DNA from: Methanocaldococcus indicus | GTDB taxonomy: Archaea > AGJL01 > Methanococci > Methanococcales > Methanocaldococcaceae | Reading direction: 5' to 3' | Length of the DNA stretch: 64,000 bases | Assembly (NCBI RefSeq): GCF_049554935.1 | Contig: NZ_CP186926.1 | Coordinates: forward strand, 96,001 to 160,000 | Program-made: the position numbers and the translations under genes | The notes under the pieces: generated by a model | What the model was told of the DNA's origin: nothing | Databases searched by the model: none | What the model saw: the letters and a program-made list of their open reading frames with translations, nothing else | Shown here: one piece after another, positions 42,405 to 57,943 of the stretch | Layout: each line of letters begins with the position of its first letter | Numbering within the stretch: the stretch's first letter is position 1

Positions 42405-43478
42405 GTGATAATAACTATGAAATTTATAGTAAAAACTGGAAGGGGTTTTGAGAATATTGTGATAAATCATTTAAAAAATTTAGTTAAAGAAGATTTTAAA
42501 GCTATTCCTTCACCAGATGGATTTCATGGTGTTGTTATTGTTGAGTGTGAAAAAGATATTAGAGATAAAATTTTAGAGATTCCTGAGGTAGAGAGAGTTT
42601 TAAAAGTAGATTTTGAAGTTCCAGCAGATTTCAATTCTATTGTTAATACTGCTGAAAAAATAAAAGAATTTATAAATGAAAATGATAAATATGCCGTTGA
42701 AACAATAAAAAGAGGAGAAAAAGATTATAATTCAATAGATATAAATAAGGTTTTAGGTGCTAAAATAAAGGATTTAACAAATGCAAAGGTTGATTTAGAA
42801 AATCCTAATAAAGTTGTTTATGTTGAGATATTTAAAGATAAGGCATATATATGTATAGAAGGAAAAGATGAACTTAAAAATAGAAAATACTCAAAAGATA
42901 AATTAAATGCAAGGAAATTATTTAAAAAGGTTGTTGTTGTTCAAATGCCATATTTGGGTGAAAAGAAGGTATGTAGAAAATTTGGAGAGGCTATTGGAAG
43001 AGCAGCTCAGGCATTTGAAATTAGAGAGCTCATTATTGCTCCAAAAGAGAAGGTAGATGCTTATGAACTAATGGAATTTTTAAAAGGTGTGAAAGTAGGA
43101 CAAGAATCAAGGTATGATATACAAAAAAGAGCTTATCCTTTTGACATAAAGAAAGTTAAAGTTTCTGTCCAAGATTTATATCAGGTTGTTAGAGATAAAA
43201 GAAGGAAAAATAGATTAATTATTATTACTGACCCAAAAGGAGATGAGATATATAAAGTGAAAAATAAACTTTTAAAAGATTTAGAAAGAAAAAGAGAAAT
43301 ATTAGTTTTATGTGGTTCAAGAGAAGGGATTCCAAGAGGTTTGTTTAGATTTGCTGATTATGTCTTAGATTTAGCTCCAAAAATGACCTTTGCTACTGAA
43401 CATACTATTCCAACAGCTTTAACTGCTTTATTCACAATATATAGTGAGAAGTTTGAGAATAATGATAACAAAAAATAA
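42405..43478 (+). CDS. THUMP-domain SPOUT-family RNA methyltransferase
   Basis: N-terminal THUMP (VDLENP); C-terminal TDPKG…GSREGIP…DLAP…FATE knot. Confidence 0.8.
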   Translation: MIITMKFIVKTGRGFENIVINHLKNLVKEDFKAIPSPDGFHGVVIVECEKDIRDKILEIPEVERVLKVDFEVPADFNSIVNTAEKIKEFINENDKYAVETIKRGEKDYNSIDINKVLGAKIKDLTNAKVDLENPNKVVYVEIFKDKAYICIEGKDELKNRKYSKDKLNARKLFKKVVVVQMPYLGEKKVCRKFGEAIGRAAQAFEIRELIIAPKEKVDAYELMEFLKGVKVGQESRYDIQKRAYPFDIKKVKVSVQDLYQVVRDKRRKNRLIIITDPKGDEIYKVKNKLLKDLERKREILVLCGSREGIPRGLFRFADYVLDLAPKMTFATEHTIPTALTALFTIYSEKFENNDNKK

Positions 43479-44082
43479 GTTAGATACTATACTGAAAATA
43501 TTGGATATTGTATTTACAGTAGAAATTATTGTATCATTTATCCTTTCAACATACAATTTTGAATATAGCAACATACTAATATTTTTTGATTATATCTCAA
43601 TATCTTATTTTACATTTATGTTCTTCTATAACTTAGTTAGAGAAAAAAATAAAATTAATTTTTTTAGGAATATATATAATATAATTGATGGTATTGTTGT
43701 TTTTGCATTTGTTTTATACACTCTACAAATATTTTCATCAAAGGCATTTATTGGTTTGAGAGTTATTAATTTACTTAGGATATTAGTTATCCTTAGAGTA
43801 ATTAAGCTTAGAAATATACAGTATCCAGAGATTATGAACTTTATTACAATACTTATAATATGTTTTATAAGCTCATGTTTTATCTGGATATCAGAAAGTG
43901 GCAAAAATCCTAAAATTCATAATTTTTTTGATGCATTCTATTTTACAACTATATCTATAACAACAGTGGGATATGGAGATATAACTCCTGTAACTACTGA
44001 GGGAAAATTAATAATTATATTCTCAGTTTTAATATTCATATCTGGGCTATTAACAACATTACAAAAAGCTCTACAAAAGTAA
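43444..44082 (+). CDS. Voltage-gated potassium channel (MVP-like)
   Basis: S4 LRVINLLRILVILRVIKLR; TTVGYGD selectivity filter. Confidence 0.9.
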   Translation: MRSLRIMITKNKLDTILKILDIVFTVEIIVSFILSTYNFEYSNILIFFDYISISYFTFMFFYNLVREKNKINFFRNIYNIIDGIVVFAFVLYTLQIFSSKAFIGLRVINLLRILVILRVIKLRNIQYPEIMNFITILIICFISSCFIWISESGKNPKIHNFFDAFYFTTISITTVGYGDITPVTTEGKLIIIFSVLIFISGLLTTLQKALQK

Positions 44083-44091
44083 ATAATAATT

Positions 44092-45642
44092 TTATGGCCA
44101 AGTTATTAGTTTAGGAACTTCTGGGAGTTTTTTAATTTTTTTCTTTATTATTGGATGCCAATCATCAAAGTTAAATCCATATTGAGAGAGATAACCAACA
44201 ACCCATCTTGTTAATCCATATCCTGTACATCCTGTCCAAACTTTTCTATTCTTATAATCTTTAATTTTAAATCCTTCCACAAAGTGAGTTCCATGGACAT
44301 TGGCAGATGTTACTGCCACGCCTTTTTTTTCATTGTATTTCTTTATATAGTAAGGTAAAGCTAACCTCATCTCATACTTTGGGACATCTGGAAACTCTAT
44401 ATCTCTTTCCTCTTTTTTTCTACCTTCTAAATAAAATGGGTCATCTCCCACCTCTACCCAATACTCTAAATCTAATTCCTCAGCTAACTCTTCTCCTACT
44501 TTTAAAGTTTTGTCTCTTATTTCTTCAACTACTTCTGGTTTTCCAATCCAAATACACTCTACTCTTAAAAATTCATTTACTCTATCTAATCCTCTTGCTC
44601 CACCACCTTCCCATCTATATGTCCATCCACTTCTATCAAAAAACATTATTGGTTTATCAACATCTATAACCTCTTTCTCAAACAACTGATAGAATGGCTC
44701 ACATTGTGCAGGAGCTAAAACATAACTTGGGTCTCTTAATAAATTTTTTAATTTTTGTATTGGTATCTCTTTTTTAATTATCATCTCATTAACAAAGTCT
44801 TCAAAAAGTTCAGGCTCTCTTTTTGGAGGTGAAACATAGTACATTCCTTCTGGTAAGCCCTCCAAATACCTCATCTTATACATAACTTCTAATGGTATTA
44901 GCTTAGGTAGTAGAACTTCTACAAAACCTATCTTTTTAATTTTTTCAACTAATAACTCTTCAAAAGCTCTTAATAAGGATGTTATTGGTGGAAGATATAT
45001 CCACTGTCCTCTTCCAGGAAACTTTTTAACCCATCCAAGTTTTTCAGCTACATCAGTTGGGTCTTCAAAGAACTTAAACTCTCTACTTGGTTTATATTCT
45101 TTAACAACTGTTCCAGGAGGAATCTTACAAACCTTTGATGTTAAATCCTCTTTCTCTAATTCTTCTCTAACAAATTTTATAGCTCTATCTATAATGTTTC
45201 TTTTTAAATCTCCCTCTTCTAAATTTTCAAAAATTAATATTATCTTGTTATCTAATATCTCACTTTTACATTCTGGGACATTTAATTTTTTGAGATTTTT
45301 TATTTTATTATCTTCAATCTCAATAATATATTTATCTACAACAACCTTCCTAACTCCAATTTTAAAATCTTTTCCTAATTTTTGAGCTAATGCTTTTTTT
45401 AATCTTATTATAGCATCATGTGCCCTACTATATCTCCCAGAGACAATATTTAAAAATAGTTCTTTTCCACAAATATTATAATCAACTATTTTAGATGCTT
45501 CTTCCTCTTTACCTTTTGGAACACCTTTTAAAAATAACTCAGATGAATTTTTTAAAATCTCCTCAATTGCTGCTTTTACTTCTTCATTATCAATATCTTT
45601 ACTAAAAATTATTTTTCCATTTAAATTAAATTTCATCTCCAT
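44092..45642 (-). CDS. serS: Serine--tRNA ligase, methanogen (type 2) form
   Basis: [14 protein letters not shown]…[17 protein letters not shown]-terminal TWP. Confidence 0.93.
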   Translation of the reverse strand: MEMKFNLNGKIIFSKDIDNEEVKAAIEEILKNSSELFLKGVPKGKEEEASKIVDYNICGKELFLNIVSGRYSRAHDAIIRLKKALAQKLGKDFKIGVRKVVVDKYIIEIEDNKIKNLKKLNVPECKSEILDNKIILIFENLEEGDLKRNIIDRAIKFVREELEKEDLTSKVCKIPPGTVVKEYKPSREFKFFEDPTDVAEKLGWVKKFPGRGQWIYLPPITSLLRAFEELLVEKIKKIGFVEVLLPKLIPLEVMYKMRYLEGLPEGMYYVSPPKREPELFEDFVNEMIIKKEIPIQKLKNLLRDPSYVLAPAQCEPFYQLFEKEVIDVDKPIMFFDRSGWTYRWEGGGARGLDRVNEFLRVECIWIGKPEVVEEIRDKTLKVGEELAEELDLEYWVEVGDDPFYLEGRKKEERDIEFPDVPKYEMRLALPYYIKKYNEKKGVAVTSANVHGTHFVEGFKIKDYKNRKVWTGCTGYGLTRWVVGYLSQYGFNFDDWHPIIKKKIKKLPEVPKLITWP

Positions 45643-45840
45643 ATTTAACCCATATCTTAGTTTTTGTCTAAGGATAAAATAAATTTAACAAATATATACC
45701 TTTTTATTATAAATTTGTATATTTAAATATATAAATATAAAAAATAATATTATCAATGTAATATATAACAATTATTATTAAACAAACTAAAAATAGCCAT
45801 ATTCTTTATTATTTTATTTTTTAGCTAACCGTTCATTTTG

Positions 45841-45879
45841 GGCCGGACATAAGCCCTTAGCGCCCTTTCAGTGTCTGGA

Positions 45880-45893
<14 letters not shown>
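45841..45893 (-). other. 3' strand of the 23S pre-rRNA processing stem (BHB); partner at 48849-48901
   Basis: Long inverted repeat with GGTG/CACT 4-bp helix flanked by AAA and GAA 3-nt bulges. Confidence 0.88.
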
Positions 45894-48865
<2,972 letters not shown>

Positions 48866-48966
48866 AGATTTCACCAGGGCGCTAAGGGCTTATGCCCGGC
48901 CCTCATCTTTTATCGGGCCCTTCACCCACAACTTTTTAAAGTTGTGGGCTGCATTTATTTTTTTAG

Positions 48967-49039
48967 TGGACCCGGTGGGATTTGAACCCACGGCCTCCGG
49001 CTTGCAAGGCCGGCGCTCTCCCAGCTGAGCTACGGGCCC
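48967..49039 (-). tRNA. tRNA-Ala (TGC) in the 16S-23S spacer; CCA not encoded
   Basis: GGGCCCGTAGCTCAG…TTGCAA…GGTTCAAATCC…GGGTCCA cloverleaf. Confidence 0.96.
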
Positions 49040-49112
49040 ACTAATCCTATGAGGCAAGCCCCTCGCTTGGGTTTTCGGTGTCCCTACTGTAAGCCAGCCC
49101 AAATTTTTTCTC

Positions 49113-50590
<1,478 letters not shown>

Positions 50591-50633
50591 TAAGTGGAGT
50601 ACGGCCGCAAGAAAGGAAAGACCTTTCTTGCGG

Positions 50634-50684
50634 GGGCTGGCTTACAGTAGGGATTTCACCAGCCCAAGCGAGGGGCTTGCCTCA
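50634..50684 (-). other. 5' strand of the 16S pre-rRNA processing stem (BHB); partner at 49050-49100
   Basis: Inverted repeat with GGTG/CACC helix and AAA/GAA bulges. Confidence 0.88.
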
Positions 50685-50821
50685 GCCCCAACCCTTTTGG
50701 ATTGGGGACGCATTTCAATTGCATCCAATAGCACAAACCTGATTTTTGTAATGTTTTTAGGATTAAAACAATGTGGGTTATATTTAACATAGTAGTTATA
50801 ACATAACACTTACAAAAACTA

Positions 50822-53575
50822 ATGACACAAAAAAATAAGATAGTGAAATATATGATTTTAATAATAGCTGAAAAGCCAAGTGTTGCAAAAAAAATTGCTA
50901 ATGCATTAGGAAAAGCTAAAAAAAAGATAATGAATAATGTTCCATATTATGAAGTAGAAAGAGATGGAAAAAAGATTTGTGTAGCAAGTGCAGTAGGACA
51001 TCTATTTACATTAATAGAAAAAAACAAGGAATTTGGAAAGTATCCTGTTTTTGATATTAAATGGGCTCCTGCTTATATAGAGAAGGGAAAAGAGTATGTA
51101 AAAAATTATATTGATACATTAAAGGAGCTTTCAAAAGATGCTGAAGAGATATATATTGCAACAGATTATGATTTAGAGGGAGAGCTTATAGGATATCATG
51201 CATTAAAATACTGTTGTGGGAGAGATAAAGCTAAGAGAATGATTTTTTCATCATTAACTAAGAAAGAACTAATAAAAGCTTTTGAGAATCCTAAGAGTAT
51301 AGATTATGGACTAGTTGATGCAGGAGAGTGTAGGCATATAGTAGATTGGTATTTTGGAATTAATTTATCAAGAGCTTTAATGAACTCATTGAGGGCTGTA
51401 AATAGATGGAAAGTTTTAAGTGTTGGGAGAGTCCAGGCCCCAGCTTTATCCTTCTTAACTGAAAGAGAAAAAGAAATAAAAAACTTTAAGCCAAAACCAT
51501 ATTGGATTTTATATCTCCTATTACAATCATTAAAAGCTTTACATAAAAAGGAAAAATTTTGGAATGAAGAAGAAGCTAAAAAGATATATAACAAAATTAA
51601 AGATGAAAAATATGCTGTTGTAAAAGATGTAAAGAAAACTAAAAAAGAGATAAAGCCTCCTGTTCCTTATGATTTAGGAACTTTACAAAGAGAAGCTTAC
51701 AGTTATTTTAAAATCTCACCTAAAGAGACACAAGATATAGCACAAAAGCTTTATGAGAAAGGACTATGCATACATCCAGAGACACTAATACTATTACCTA
51801 ATGGAACTAAGAAAATTAAGGAGTTAGATGATGAAGGAGAAATATTATGTTTAAATAACAGCTTAAAACTAACAAAATCCAAATATAAACTTTTAAAAAG
51901 AACTGTGAAAGAAAAACTTATAAAAATAACTTTAACTGATGGAACTGAACTTATTACTACAAAAGAACATCCAATTTTGGTTTATAGAAACAAGTTAATA
52001 TTTATCCCAGCTGAAAAACTAAAAGAAAATGATAAAGTAGTAAAATTAAAATTATCAAATAATAAAGGATTAAATTTGGATAGATTTTCATCTAATTATA
52101 TGGATAATAATTTAAAGAGGATAGTAGATGGAGATGTTTATATTCAAAAAGTTAAAAAAATTGAAGAGATTGATTATGAAGGAGAAGTTTATGATTTAGT
52201 AGTTGAGAAATATCATAACTTTATAGCAAACAATATAGTTGTGCATAACTGTTCTTATCCAAGGACATCAAGTCAAAAACTACCTAAGGATAATGAATAC
52301 TTAAAATCTATCTTAAAAATTTTAGAAAAAAAACCTGAATATAGCTTATTTGCCAAGGAAATCTTAAAGAACAATTTAAAACCTGTTGAAGGTAAAAAGG
52401 ATGATGCACATCCTGCTATACATGTTGTAGATATTCCAAAAGAAGAACTTTCAGAAAAAGAAAAGAAAATTTATGATTTAATAGCAAGAAGAACCTTAGC
52501 ATCTTTCTATTACCCAATGATTAGAGAATATATAAAAGCAATTTTAGATGTAAAAGGAGAAGAGTTTATACTTTCAGGTGCTAAAACCATAGAAAAAGGT
52601 TGGTATGAAATTTTTCACTTTCCAAGATATGATGAGATAAATCTCAACCTTAAAAAAGGTGAAAAGGTAAAGATTGACAAAGTTGTTTTAGAAAAGAAAG
52701 AGACACAACCTCCTAAAAGATATACATTATCATCTATAATTAAAGAGCTTGAAAAAAGACAGTTAGGGACAAAATCCACAAGAGCAGAGATTATTGATAA
52801 ATTAATAAAAAGAGGATATGTAAAAGAGGAGAATGGAAGTCTTTATGTTACTGAATTGGGAGAGAGTGTAGTAGAAACTCTAAAAAAGTTTTGTCCTGAA
52901 ATAGTTGATGAGAAATTAACAAGAGACTTAGAGGAAAAATTGGAGAATATACAATATCAAAAAGTTAAAAAAGATAATGTTTTAAAAGAAACTGAGCAAA
53001 ATCTTAGAAAAATTTTGGAAGAGTTTAAAAACAAAGAGAAAGATGTTGGAAAATTCTTGTCTGAGAAAGTAGATAAAGATGTTAAAGTTGTTGGACAGTG
53101 TGAATGTGGTGGTGATTTAATTTTAATTAGGCATAAAAAAGGAAGGTTTATTTCATGCTCAGAAAAATGTGGAAAAACATACTCTCTACCAAAAAAAGGA
53201 AAAATAGAAATTACTAAAAAGAAGTGTGAAGAGTGTGGCTCACCAATATTAAAAATAGAAAATAAGGAAGTTTGCATAAATCCAGAATGTCCATCCAAAT
53301 CTAACATAAAGGAAAATAAAGAAAATATAGAAGAAAAAGATGAAAAAGTTTGCCCAAAGTGTGGCTCAAAATTGATTATAAAGAAAGGGATATATGGAGA
53401 GTTTTATGCCTGTCCAAACTATCCAAAGTGTAAATACACAGAGAGTATAAAAGAAGTTGTTGGTAAATGTCCAAAGTGTGGCTCAAACCTAATTATAAAA
53501 GTGGGAAAATATGGAAAATTTATTGGATGTGAGAACTATCCAAAATGTAAATATACTGAAAAAATTAAGAAATAA
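50822..53575 (+). CDS. topA: DNA topoisomerase I (type IA) with intein and C-terminal Zn ribbons (start likely 50852)
   Basis: IAEKPS, ATDYDLEGE, SVGRVQ, SYPRT (catalytic Tyr), LGTKSTRA motifs. Confidence 0.96.
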   Translation: MTQKNKIVKYMILIIAEKPSVAKKIANALGKAKKKIMNNVPYYEVERDGKKICVASAVGHLFTLIEKNKEFGKYPVFDIKWAPAYIEKGKEYVKNYIDTLKELSKDAEEIYIATDYDLEGELIGYHALKYCCGRDKAKRMIFSSLTKKELIKAFENPKSIDYGLVDAGECRHIVDWYFGINLSRALMNSLRAVNRWKVLSVGRVQAPALSFLTEREKEIKNFKPKPYWILYLLLQSLKALHKKEKFWNEEEAKKIYNKIKDEKYAVVKDVKKTKKEIKPPVPYDLGTLQREAYSYFKISPKETQDIAQKLYEKGLCIHPETLILLPNGTKKIKELDDEGEILCLNNSLKLTKSKYKLLKRTVKEKLIKITLTDGTELITTKEHPILVYRNKLIFIPAEKLKENDKVVKLKLSNNKGLNLDRFSSNYMDNNLKRIVDGDVYIQKVKKIEEIDYEGEVYDLVVEKYHNFIANNIVVHNCSYPRTSSQKLPKDNEYLKSILKILEKKPEYSLFAKEILKNNLKPVEGKKDDAHPAIHVVDIPKEELSEKEKKIYDLIARRTLASFYYPMIREYIKAILDVKGEEFILSGAKTIEKGWYEIFHFPRYDEINLNLKKGEKVKIDKVVLEKKETQPPKRYTLSSIIKELEKRQLGTKSTRAEIIDKLIKRGYVKEENGSLYVTELGESVVETLKKFCPEIVDEKLTRDLEEKLENIQYQKVKKDNVLKETEQNLRKILEEFKNKEKDVGKFLSEKVDKDVKVVGQCECGGDLILIRHKKGRFISCSEKCGKTYSLPKKGKIEITKKKCEECGSPILKIENKEVCINPECPSKSNIKENKENIEEKDEKVCPKCGSKLIIKKGIYGEFYACPNYPKCKYTESIKEVVGKCPKCGSNLIIKVGKYGKFIGCENYPKCKYTEKIKK
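51767..52249 (+). mobile_element. Mini-intein (161 aa) in TopA, no homing endonuclease
   Basis: Starts CIHPETLILLPNG; block B TTKEHP; ends VYDLVV…HNFIANNIVVHN with Cys at +1; removal restores EKGL-CSYPRT. Confidence 0.93.
53351..53560 (+). repeat. Tandem duplicated Zn-ribbon coding unit in topA (117-nt period)
   Basis: TG(C/T)CCAAAGTGTGGCTCAAA at 53351 and 53468; both units CPKCGS…G-YG-F…C-NYPKCKYTE. Confidence 0.8.
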
Positions 53576-53578
53576 AAT

Positions 53579-54061
53579 TCATTTTTTCTTTATAAAGTGA
53601 CCAATAGTGAAATATTCTTCATCTCCTCCTGAGGTGTAGTAATCATAATCCTCTTTATCAGCTGTTAATTTTATTTTTAAAAACTTCTCTAATATTTTTA
53701 TCTCCTTATCATTTGGTTCTAATTCATATCTTTCAAATTTTCTTAGTACAGTTTCTTTCATTTTCAATTTTTTAGCCAATTCTTCAATTGATAGTCCCAT
53801 TTTTTCTCTTGCCTCTCTTATTACATCTCCATAATCCTCTCTTAAATCTGGAAGAGTATCAAATAAATCTCTATATGGTTTTTTTCTTTTTTGGTAAGTT
53901 GTTGATGATGTTATTAATTTTTTCTTTTTACCAATTCTTGAATAAGTTTTAGGAGTTTTACCAAACTTAGCACAATCTTTACATACTTGCATTTCAACTC
54001 CTTCAATACTTACTTTATAGAGTTTATCAACTAATTTCCCACACAATTCACAAGTCTTCAT
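53579..54061 (-). CDS. Archaeal multiprotein bridging factor 1 (Zn ribbon plus HTH)
   Basis: CELCG…VCKDC; [19 protein letters not shown]. Confidence 0.9.
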   Translation of the reverse strand: MKTCELCGKLVDKLYKVSIEGVEMQVCKDCAKFGKTPKTYSRIGKKKKLITSSTTYQKRKKPYRDLFDTLPDLREDYGDVIREAREKMGLSIEELAKKLKMKETVLRKFERYELEPNDKEIKILEKFLKIKLTADKEDYDYYTSGGDEEYFTIGHFIKKK

Positions 54062-54142
54062 AACTTTTACCTAAAATAATTGTTTTGTAAAACTTTATAT
54101 AGTATATCGTATATATAATTTTAACAAAACAAAATATTTATA

Positions 54143-54466
54143 GTGATAGTCATGACAGAAGAAAAAAAAGAAATAAAAATAGAGGTTCCTACTGATTTAG
54201 TTGAGAAAATAGAAAAGCTATCTGATTTTTTAAATAAAATTAAAAAGAAAGAAGTAATTAGCAAAGATAAAGTTGAGGAAATGTTAAAGATTTTGGATGA
54301 AATTAAACAAAGATTACCAAAGTTAGAGGTAGATTTAGAAAAAATTATGAAAGCATTAGAAGGAACTGGTAGTGAAGTAAAATTAACATTTAATGAGTTA
54401 AAATTAGATGGAGAAATTAGCTTAAAGATAATACCATTAGTTAAAGAAAAGAAAAAAGAGGAATAA
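54143..54466 (+). CDS. Hypothetical protein
   Basis: 107-aa ORF with host-like codon usage, first gene of a co-oriented run. Confidence 0.7.
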   Translation: MIVMTEEKKEIKIEVPTDLVEKIEKLSDFLNKIKKKEVISKDKVEEMLKILDEIKQRLPKLEVDLEKIMKALEGTGSEVKLTFNELKLDGEISLKIIPLVKEKKKEE

Positions 54467-54468
54467 TA

Positions 54469-54888
54469 TTGAAGTTTGAAGATTACTTAAATTATATTTT
54501 TTTATTTCAAGATGTAATAAAAGAAGGAAATTTAAAATTTGAGATTAAAAATCTCTTTTGTATTGTTGTTGATAACAAAACTATTTTAATAAATATATTG
54601 GATATTAAAAATTTAAAAAAGATAGTTAATCTTTTATCTATTTTACAAGAAGAGAGAAACAAAAAAAAAGATATTGATATTGTTGAGAAGTTAAAAGAGT
54701 TTAGAGAATTATTAAAATATTTGAACAATATAGGAAAAAAATTTAAAGACAACAAAAAGAAATTAATATTTTTATATAAAAATAGAGAGTTGTTCATCTT
54801 AGGAGAAGGTGGAGGAATATTTATAAAATACGCAAAAATTAATAAATTTGCTCTACTATCATTTATAAAAGAATTTTTAGAGAAATAG
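54469..54888 (+). CDS. Hypothetical protein
   Basis: 139-aa ORF, TTG start 2 nt after the previous stop, GAGG upstream. Confidence 0.6.
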   Translation: MKFEDYLNYIFLFQDVIKEGNLKFEIKNLFCIVVDNKTILINILDIKNLKKIVNLLSILQEERNKKKDIDIVEKLKEFRELLKYLNNIGKKFKDNKKKLIFLYKNRELFILGEGGGIFIKYAKINKFALLSFIKEFLEK

Positions 54889-54904
54889 AATAAAGAGGGA
54901 ATAT

Positions 54905-55819
54905 ATGTTAGAGCAAATAAAAAGAAATACTGTTGAGATTGTTAGTGAAGAAGAACTTAAAAAAATTTTAGAAAAAGATGAAAAAAAGGCATATATTGGT
55001 TTTGAGCCAAGTGGAAAGATACATTTAGGACATTATCTCCAAATAAAAAAAATGATGGATTTAGAGAAGGCAGGATTTGATATAATAATTTTATTAGCTG
55101 ACTTACATGCATATCTAAATCAGAAAGGAACATTAGAAGAAATTAGAAAGATAGGAGAATACAACAAAAAAGTTTTTGAAGCTATGGGATTAAAAGCAAA
55201 ATATGTATATGGAAGTGAATTCCAATTAAACAAAGATTATACATTAGATGTCTATAAGTTGGCTTTAAAAACAACTTTAAAAAGGGCAAGAAGAAGTATG
55301 GAGTTAATAGCAAGGGAAGATGAAAATCCTAAGGTAGCAGAAGTTATTTACCCTATAATGCAAGTTAATGACATAAAACATTTAGATGTTGATGTAGCAG
55401 TTGGAGGAATGGAGCAAAGAAAAATCCACATGTTAGCAAGAGAACTTTTAGATAAAAAAGTTGTTTGTATCCATAACCCTGTCTTAACTGGATTAGATGG
55501 AAAAGGTAAGATGAGCTCATCTAAGGGAAATTTCATAGCTGTTGATGACTCACCTGAAGAAATTAAAAGTAAGATAAAGAAAGCTTATTGTCCAATTGGA
55601 GTAATAGAAAATAATCCAATATTGGAGATAGCAAAATACTTTTTAGAGTATCCTTTAACAATAAAAAGACCTGAGAAGTTTGGGGGAGATTTAGAAATAG
55701 AGAGTTATGAAAAGTTAGAGGAATTATACAAAAATAAGGAGATACATCCATTAGATTTAAAAAATACTGTTGCAGAAGAATTAATAAAAATTTTAAAACC
55801 AATTAGGGAGAAATTATGA
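54905..55819 (+). CDS. tyrS: Tyrosine--tRNA ligase
   Basis: [32 protein letters not shown] motifs. Confidence 0.97.
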   Translation: MLEQIKRNTVEIVSEEELKKILEKDEKKAYIGFEPSGKIHLGHYLQIKKMMDLEKAGFDIIILLADLHAYLNQKGTLEEIRKIGEYNKKVFEAMGLKAKYVYGSEFQLNKDYTLDVYKLALKTTLKRARRSMELIAREDENPKVAEVIYPIMQVNDIKHLDVDVAVGGMEQRKIHMLARELLDKKVVCIHNPVLTGLDGKGKMSSSKGNFIAVDDSPEEIKSKIKKAYCPIGVIENNPILEIAKYFLEYPLTIKRPEKFGGDLEIESYEKLEELYKNKEIHPLDLKNTVAEELIKILKPIREKL

Positions 55820-57144
55820 AAGTTGTTATTATTGGTGGAGGAGCAGCTGGATTAACAACAGCATCAACAATAAGAAAATACAACAAAGATATTGAAATAT
55901 ATGTAATAACTAAGGAGAAGGATATAGCTTATTCTCCATGTGCAATTCCTTATGTTATTGAAGGGAAAATAAAGAGTTTTGATGATATTATAATGCACAC
56001 TCCTAAATATTACAAAGAAAAGAAAAATATTAACATATTAACTGAAACAGAGGCAGTAGATATAGACAGTAAAGAGCAAAAAGTTAAATGTGTAAAAGAT
56101 GGGGAAGAGATTATTTTAGATTATGATTATTTAGTATTGGCTACTGGCTCCACTCCATTTATTCCTCCAATTGATGGAGTTAATTTAGAAGGAGTATTTA
56201 CTGTAAAGAATATAGAAGATGGTAGGAAAATTTTAGAGTATATGAAAAAATGCAAGAGAGTTGCTGTTATTGGTGCTGGGGCTATTGGTTTAGAAATGGC
56301 CTATGCCTTTAAAAAAAGAGGATTAGATGTCTTAGTTGTTGAAATGGCTCCACAAATTTTACCAAGATTCTTAGACCCGGATATGGCAGAGATTGTTCAG
56401 AAGTATTTAGAGGATGAAGGAATTAAATTTATATTATCTAAGCCATTGGAGAAGATAATTGGTAAGGAAAGAGTAGAAGGGATATGTGTAGATAAAGTTG
56501 TTTATGATGTAGATATGGTTATTCTTTCTACTGGTGTAAGACCAAATATTGAATTAGCTAAAAAAGCAGGAGTAAATATTGGGAAGTATGCAATAAAAGT
56601 AAATGAAAAGATGCAAACATCTATAAATAATATATATGCTGTTGGAGATTGTGTTGAAGTTATTGATTTTATAACAAAAGAAAAAACTTTATCACCTTTT
56701 GGTTCAACTGCTGTTAGGCAGGGAAAAGTTGCAGGATTAAATATAGTGGGGAGAGAAGCTAAATTTACCCCTGTATTGAATTCAGCTGTTAGTAAGATAG
56801 GTAAGTTGGAAATAGCAGGGACTGGATTAACTGCTTTCTCAGCAAATTTAAAAAGAATTCCTGTTGTAGTTGGAAAAATAAAAGCTCTCAGTAGAGCAAG
56901 ATACTATCCTGGTGGAAAAGATTTATATATAAAATTAATATTTGGAGACAACAGAAAAATATTAGGTGGGCAAATAGTTGGATATGAAAGAGTTTCTGAG
57001 AGAATTGATTTAATAAGTTTAGCTATTAGAAATGGTTTAACTGTTGAGGACTTATACTTAGGGGAATACTGTTACTGTCCTGCAACAAAGATGGTTAATG
57101 AGCCAATATCATTAGCTGCTGAGGATGCTCTAACTAAATTTTAA
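55816..57144 (+). CDS. NADH oxidase / CoA-disulfide reductase family flavoprotein
   Basis: GGGAAG, YSPCAIP redox Cys, [13 protein letters not shown] motifs. Confidence 0.88.
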   Translation: MKVVIIGGGAAGLTTASTIRKYNKDIEIYVITKEKDIAYSPCAIPYVIEGKIKSFDDIIMHTPKYYKEKKNINILTETEAVDIDSKEQKVKCVKDGEEIILDYDYLVLATGSTPFIPPIDGVNLEGVFTVKNIEDGRKILEYMKKCKRVAVIGAGAIGLEMAYAFKKRGLDVLVVEMAPQILPRFLDPDMAEIVQKYLEDEGIKFILSKPLEKIIGKERVEGICVDKVVYDVDMVILSTGVRPNIELAKKAGVNIGKYAIKVNEKMQTSINNIYAVGDCVEVIDFITKEKTLSPFGSTAVRQGKVAGLNIVGREAKFTPVLNSAVSKIGKLEIAGTGLTAFSANLKRIPVVVGKIKALSRARYYPGGKDLYIKLIFGDNRKILGGQIVGYERVSERIDLISLAIRNGLTVEDLYLGEYCYCPATKMVNEPISLAAEDALTKF

Positions 57145-57155
57145 AAACTTTTTTT

Positions 57156-57941
57156 GTGTTCATTATGATTATAACTGTTGCCTCTGGAAAGGGAGGAGTT
57201 GGAAAGACAACTACATCTGCAAGTTTGGCTGTTGCATTGGCTAAGTTAGATAAGAAGGTTTTAGTTATTGATGGAGATATTTCTATGGCTAATTTAGGGA
57301 TACTCTTTAATTTAGATAAGAAAAAACCTTCTTTACATGAAGTATTATGTGAAGAGTGTGATGTTAGAGAAGCAATTTATAAGCATAAAACAGGAGTTTA
57401 TGTATTACCAACAAGCTTATCATTAGAAGGTTATAAAAAGGCAGATATTGATTTATTTCCAGATGTTGTCAATGAGATAGCAGATGATTATGATTATGTC
57501 ATTATTGATGCACCTGCTGGATTAAATAGAGAGATGGCTACACATCTTGCAGTTGCTGATAAACTTCTTTTAGTTGTGACTCCTGAGATGTTCTCTATTG
57601 TAGATGCAGTAAGATTAAAAGAATCTGCTGAAATGGCTGGAACTCCTCTTTTAGGGATAGTTTTAAATAGAGTTGGAAGAGATTTTGGTGAGATGAGGAA
57701 GGATGAAATAGAGTTTTTAATAAAAGGGAAGGTTTTAGTAGAAATTCCAGAGGATGAAAATATAAGAAATGCAGCTTTAAAAAAGATGACAGTTCTTGAA
57801 TATAAAAAGAATTCTCCAGCTTCATTAGCATATTTAAGATTAGCTTCCATAATAGCAGGAGTACCATTGGATATAGAAATTCCAATTGTTAGAAAAAAAG
57901 AGAGTTTAATTGATAAAATAAAAAAACTAATTTTTAGATAG
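57156..57941 (+). CDS. minD: MinD-family ATPase
   Basis: SGKGGVGKTT, DGDISMANL, IDAPAG motifs. Confidence 0.85.
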   Translation: MFIMIITVASGKGGVGKTTTSASLAVALAKLDKKVLVIDGDISMANLGILFNLDKKKPSLHEVLCEECDVREAIYKHKTGVYVLPTSLSLEGYKKADIDLFPDVVNEIADDYDYVIIDAPAGLNREMATHLAVADKLLLVVTPEMFSIVDAVRLKESAEMAGTPLLGIVLNRVGRDFGEMRKDEIEFLIKGKVLVEIPEDENIRNAALKKMTVLEYKKNSPASLAYLRLASIIAGVPLDIEIPIVRKKESLIDKIKKLIFR

Positions 57942-57943
57942 TT

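Noticed and set aside
48926-48949. Hairpins in the rRNA spacers (CCCACAACTTT…AAAGTTGTGGG; also about 50605-50633 and 50686-50707)
   Set aside because: Part of the pre-rRNA transcript; no sign of independent RNA genes.
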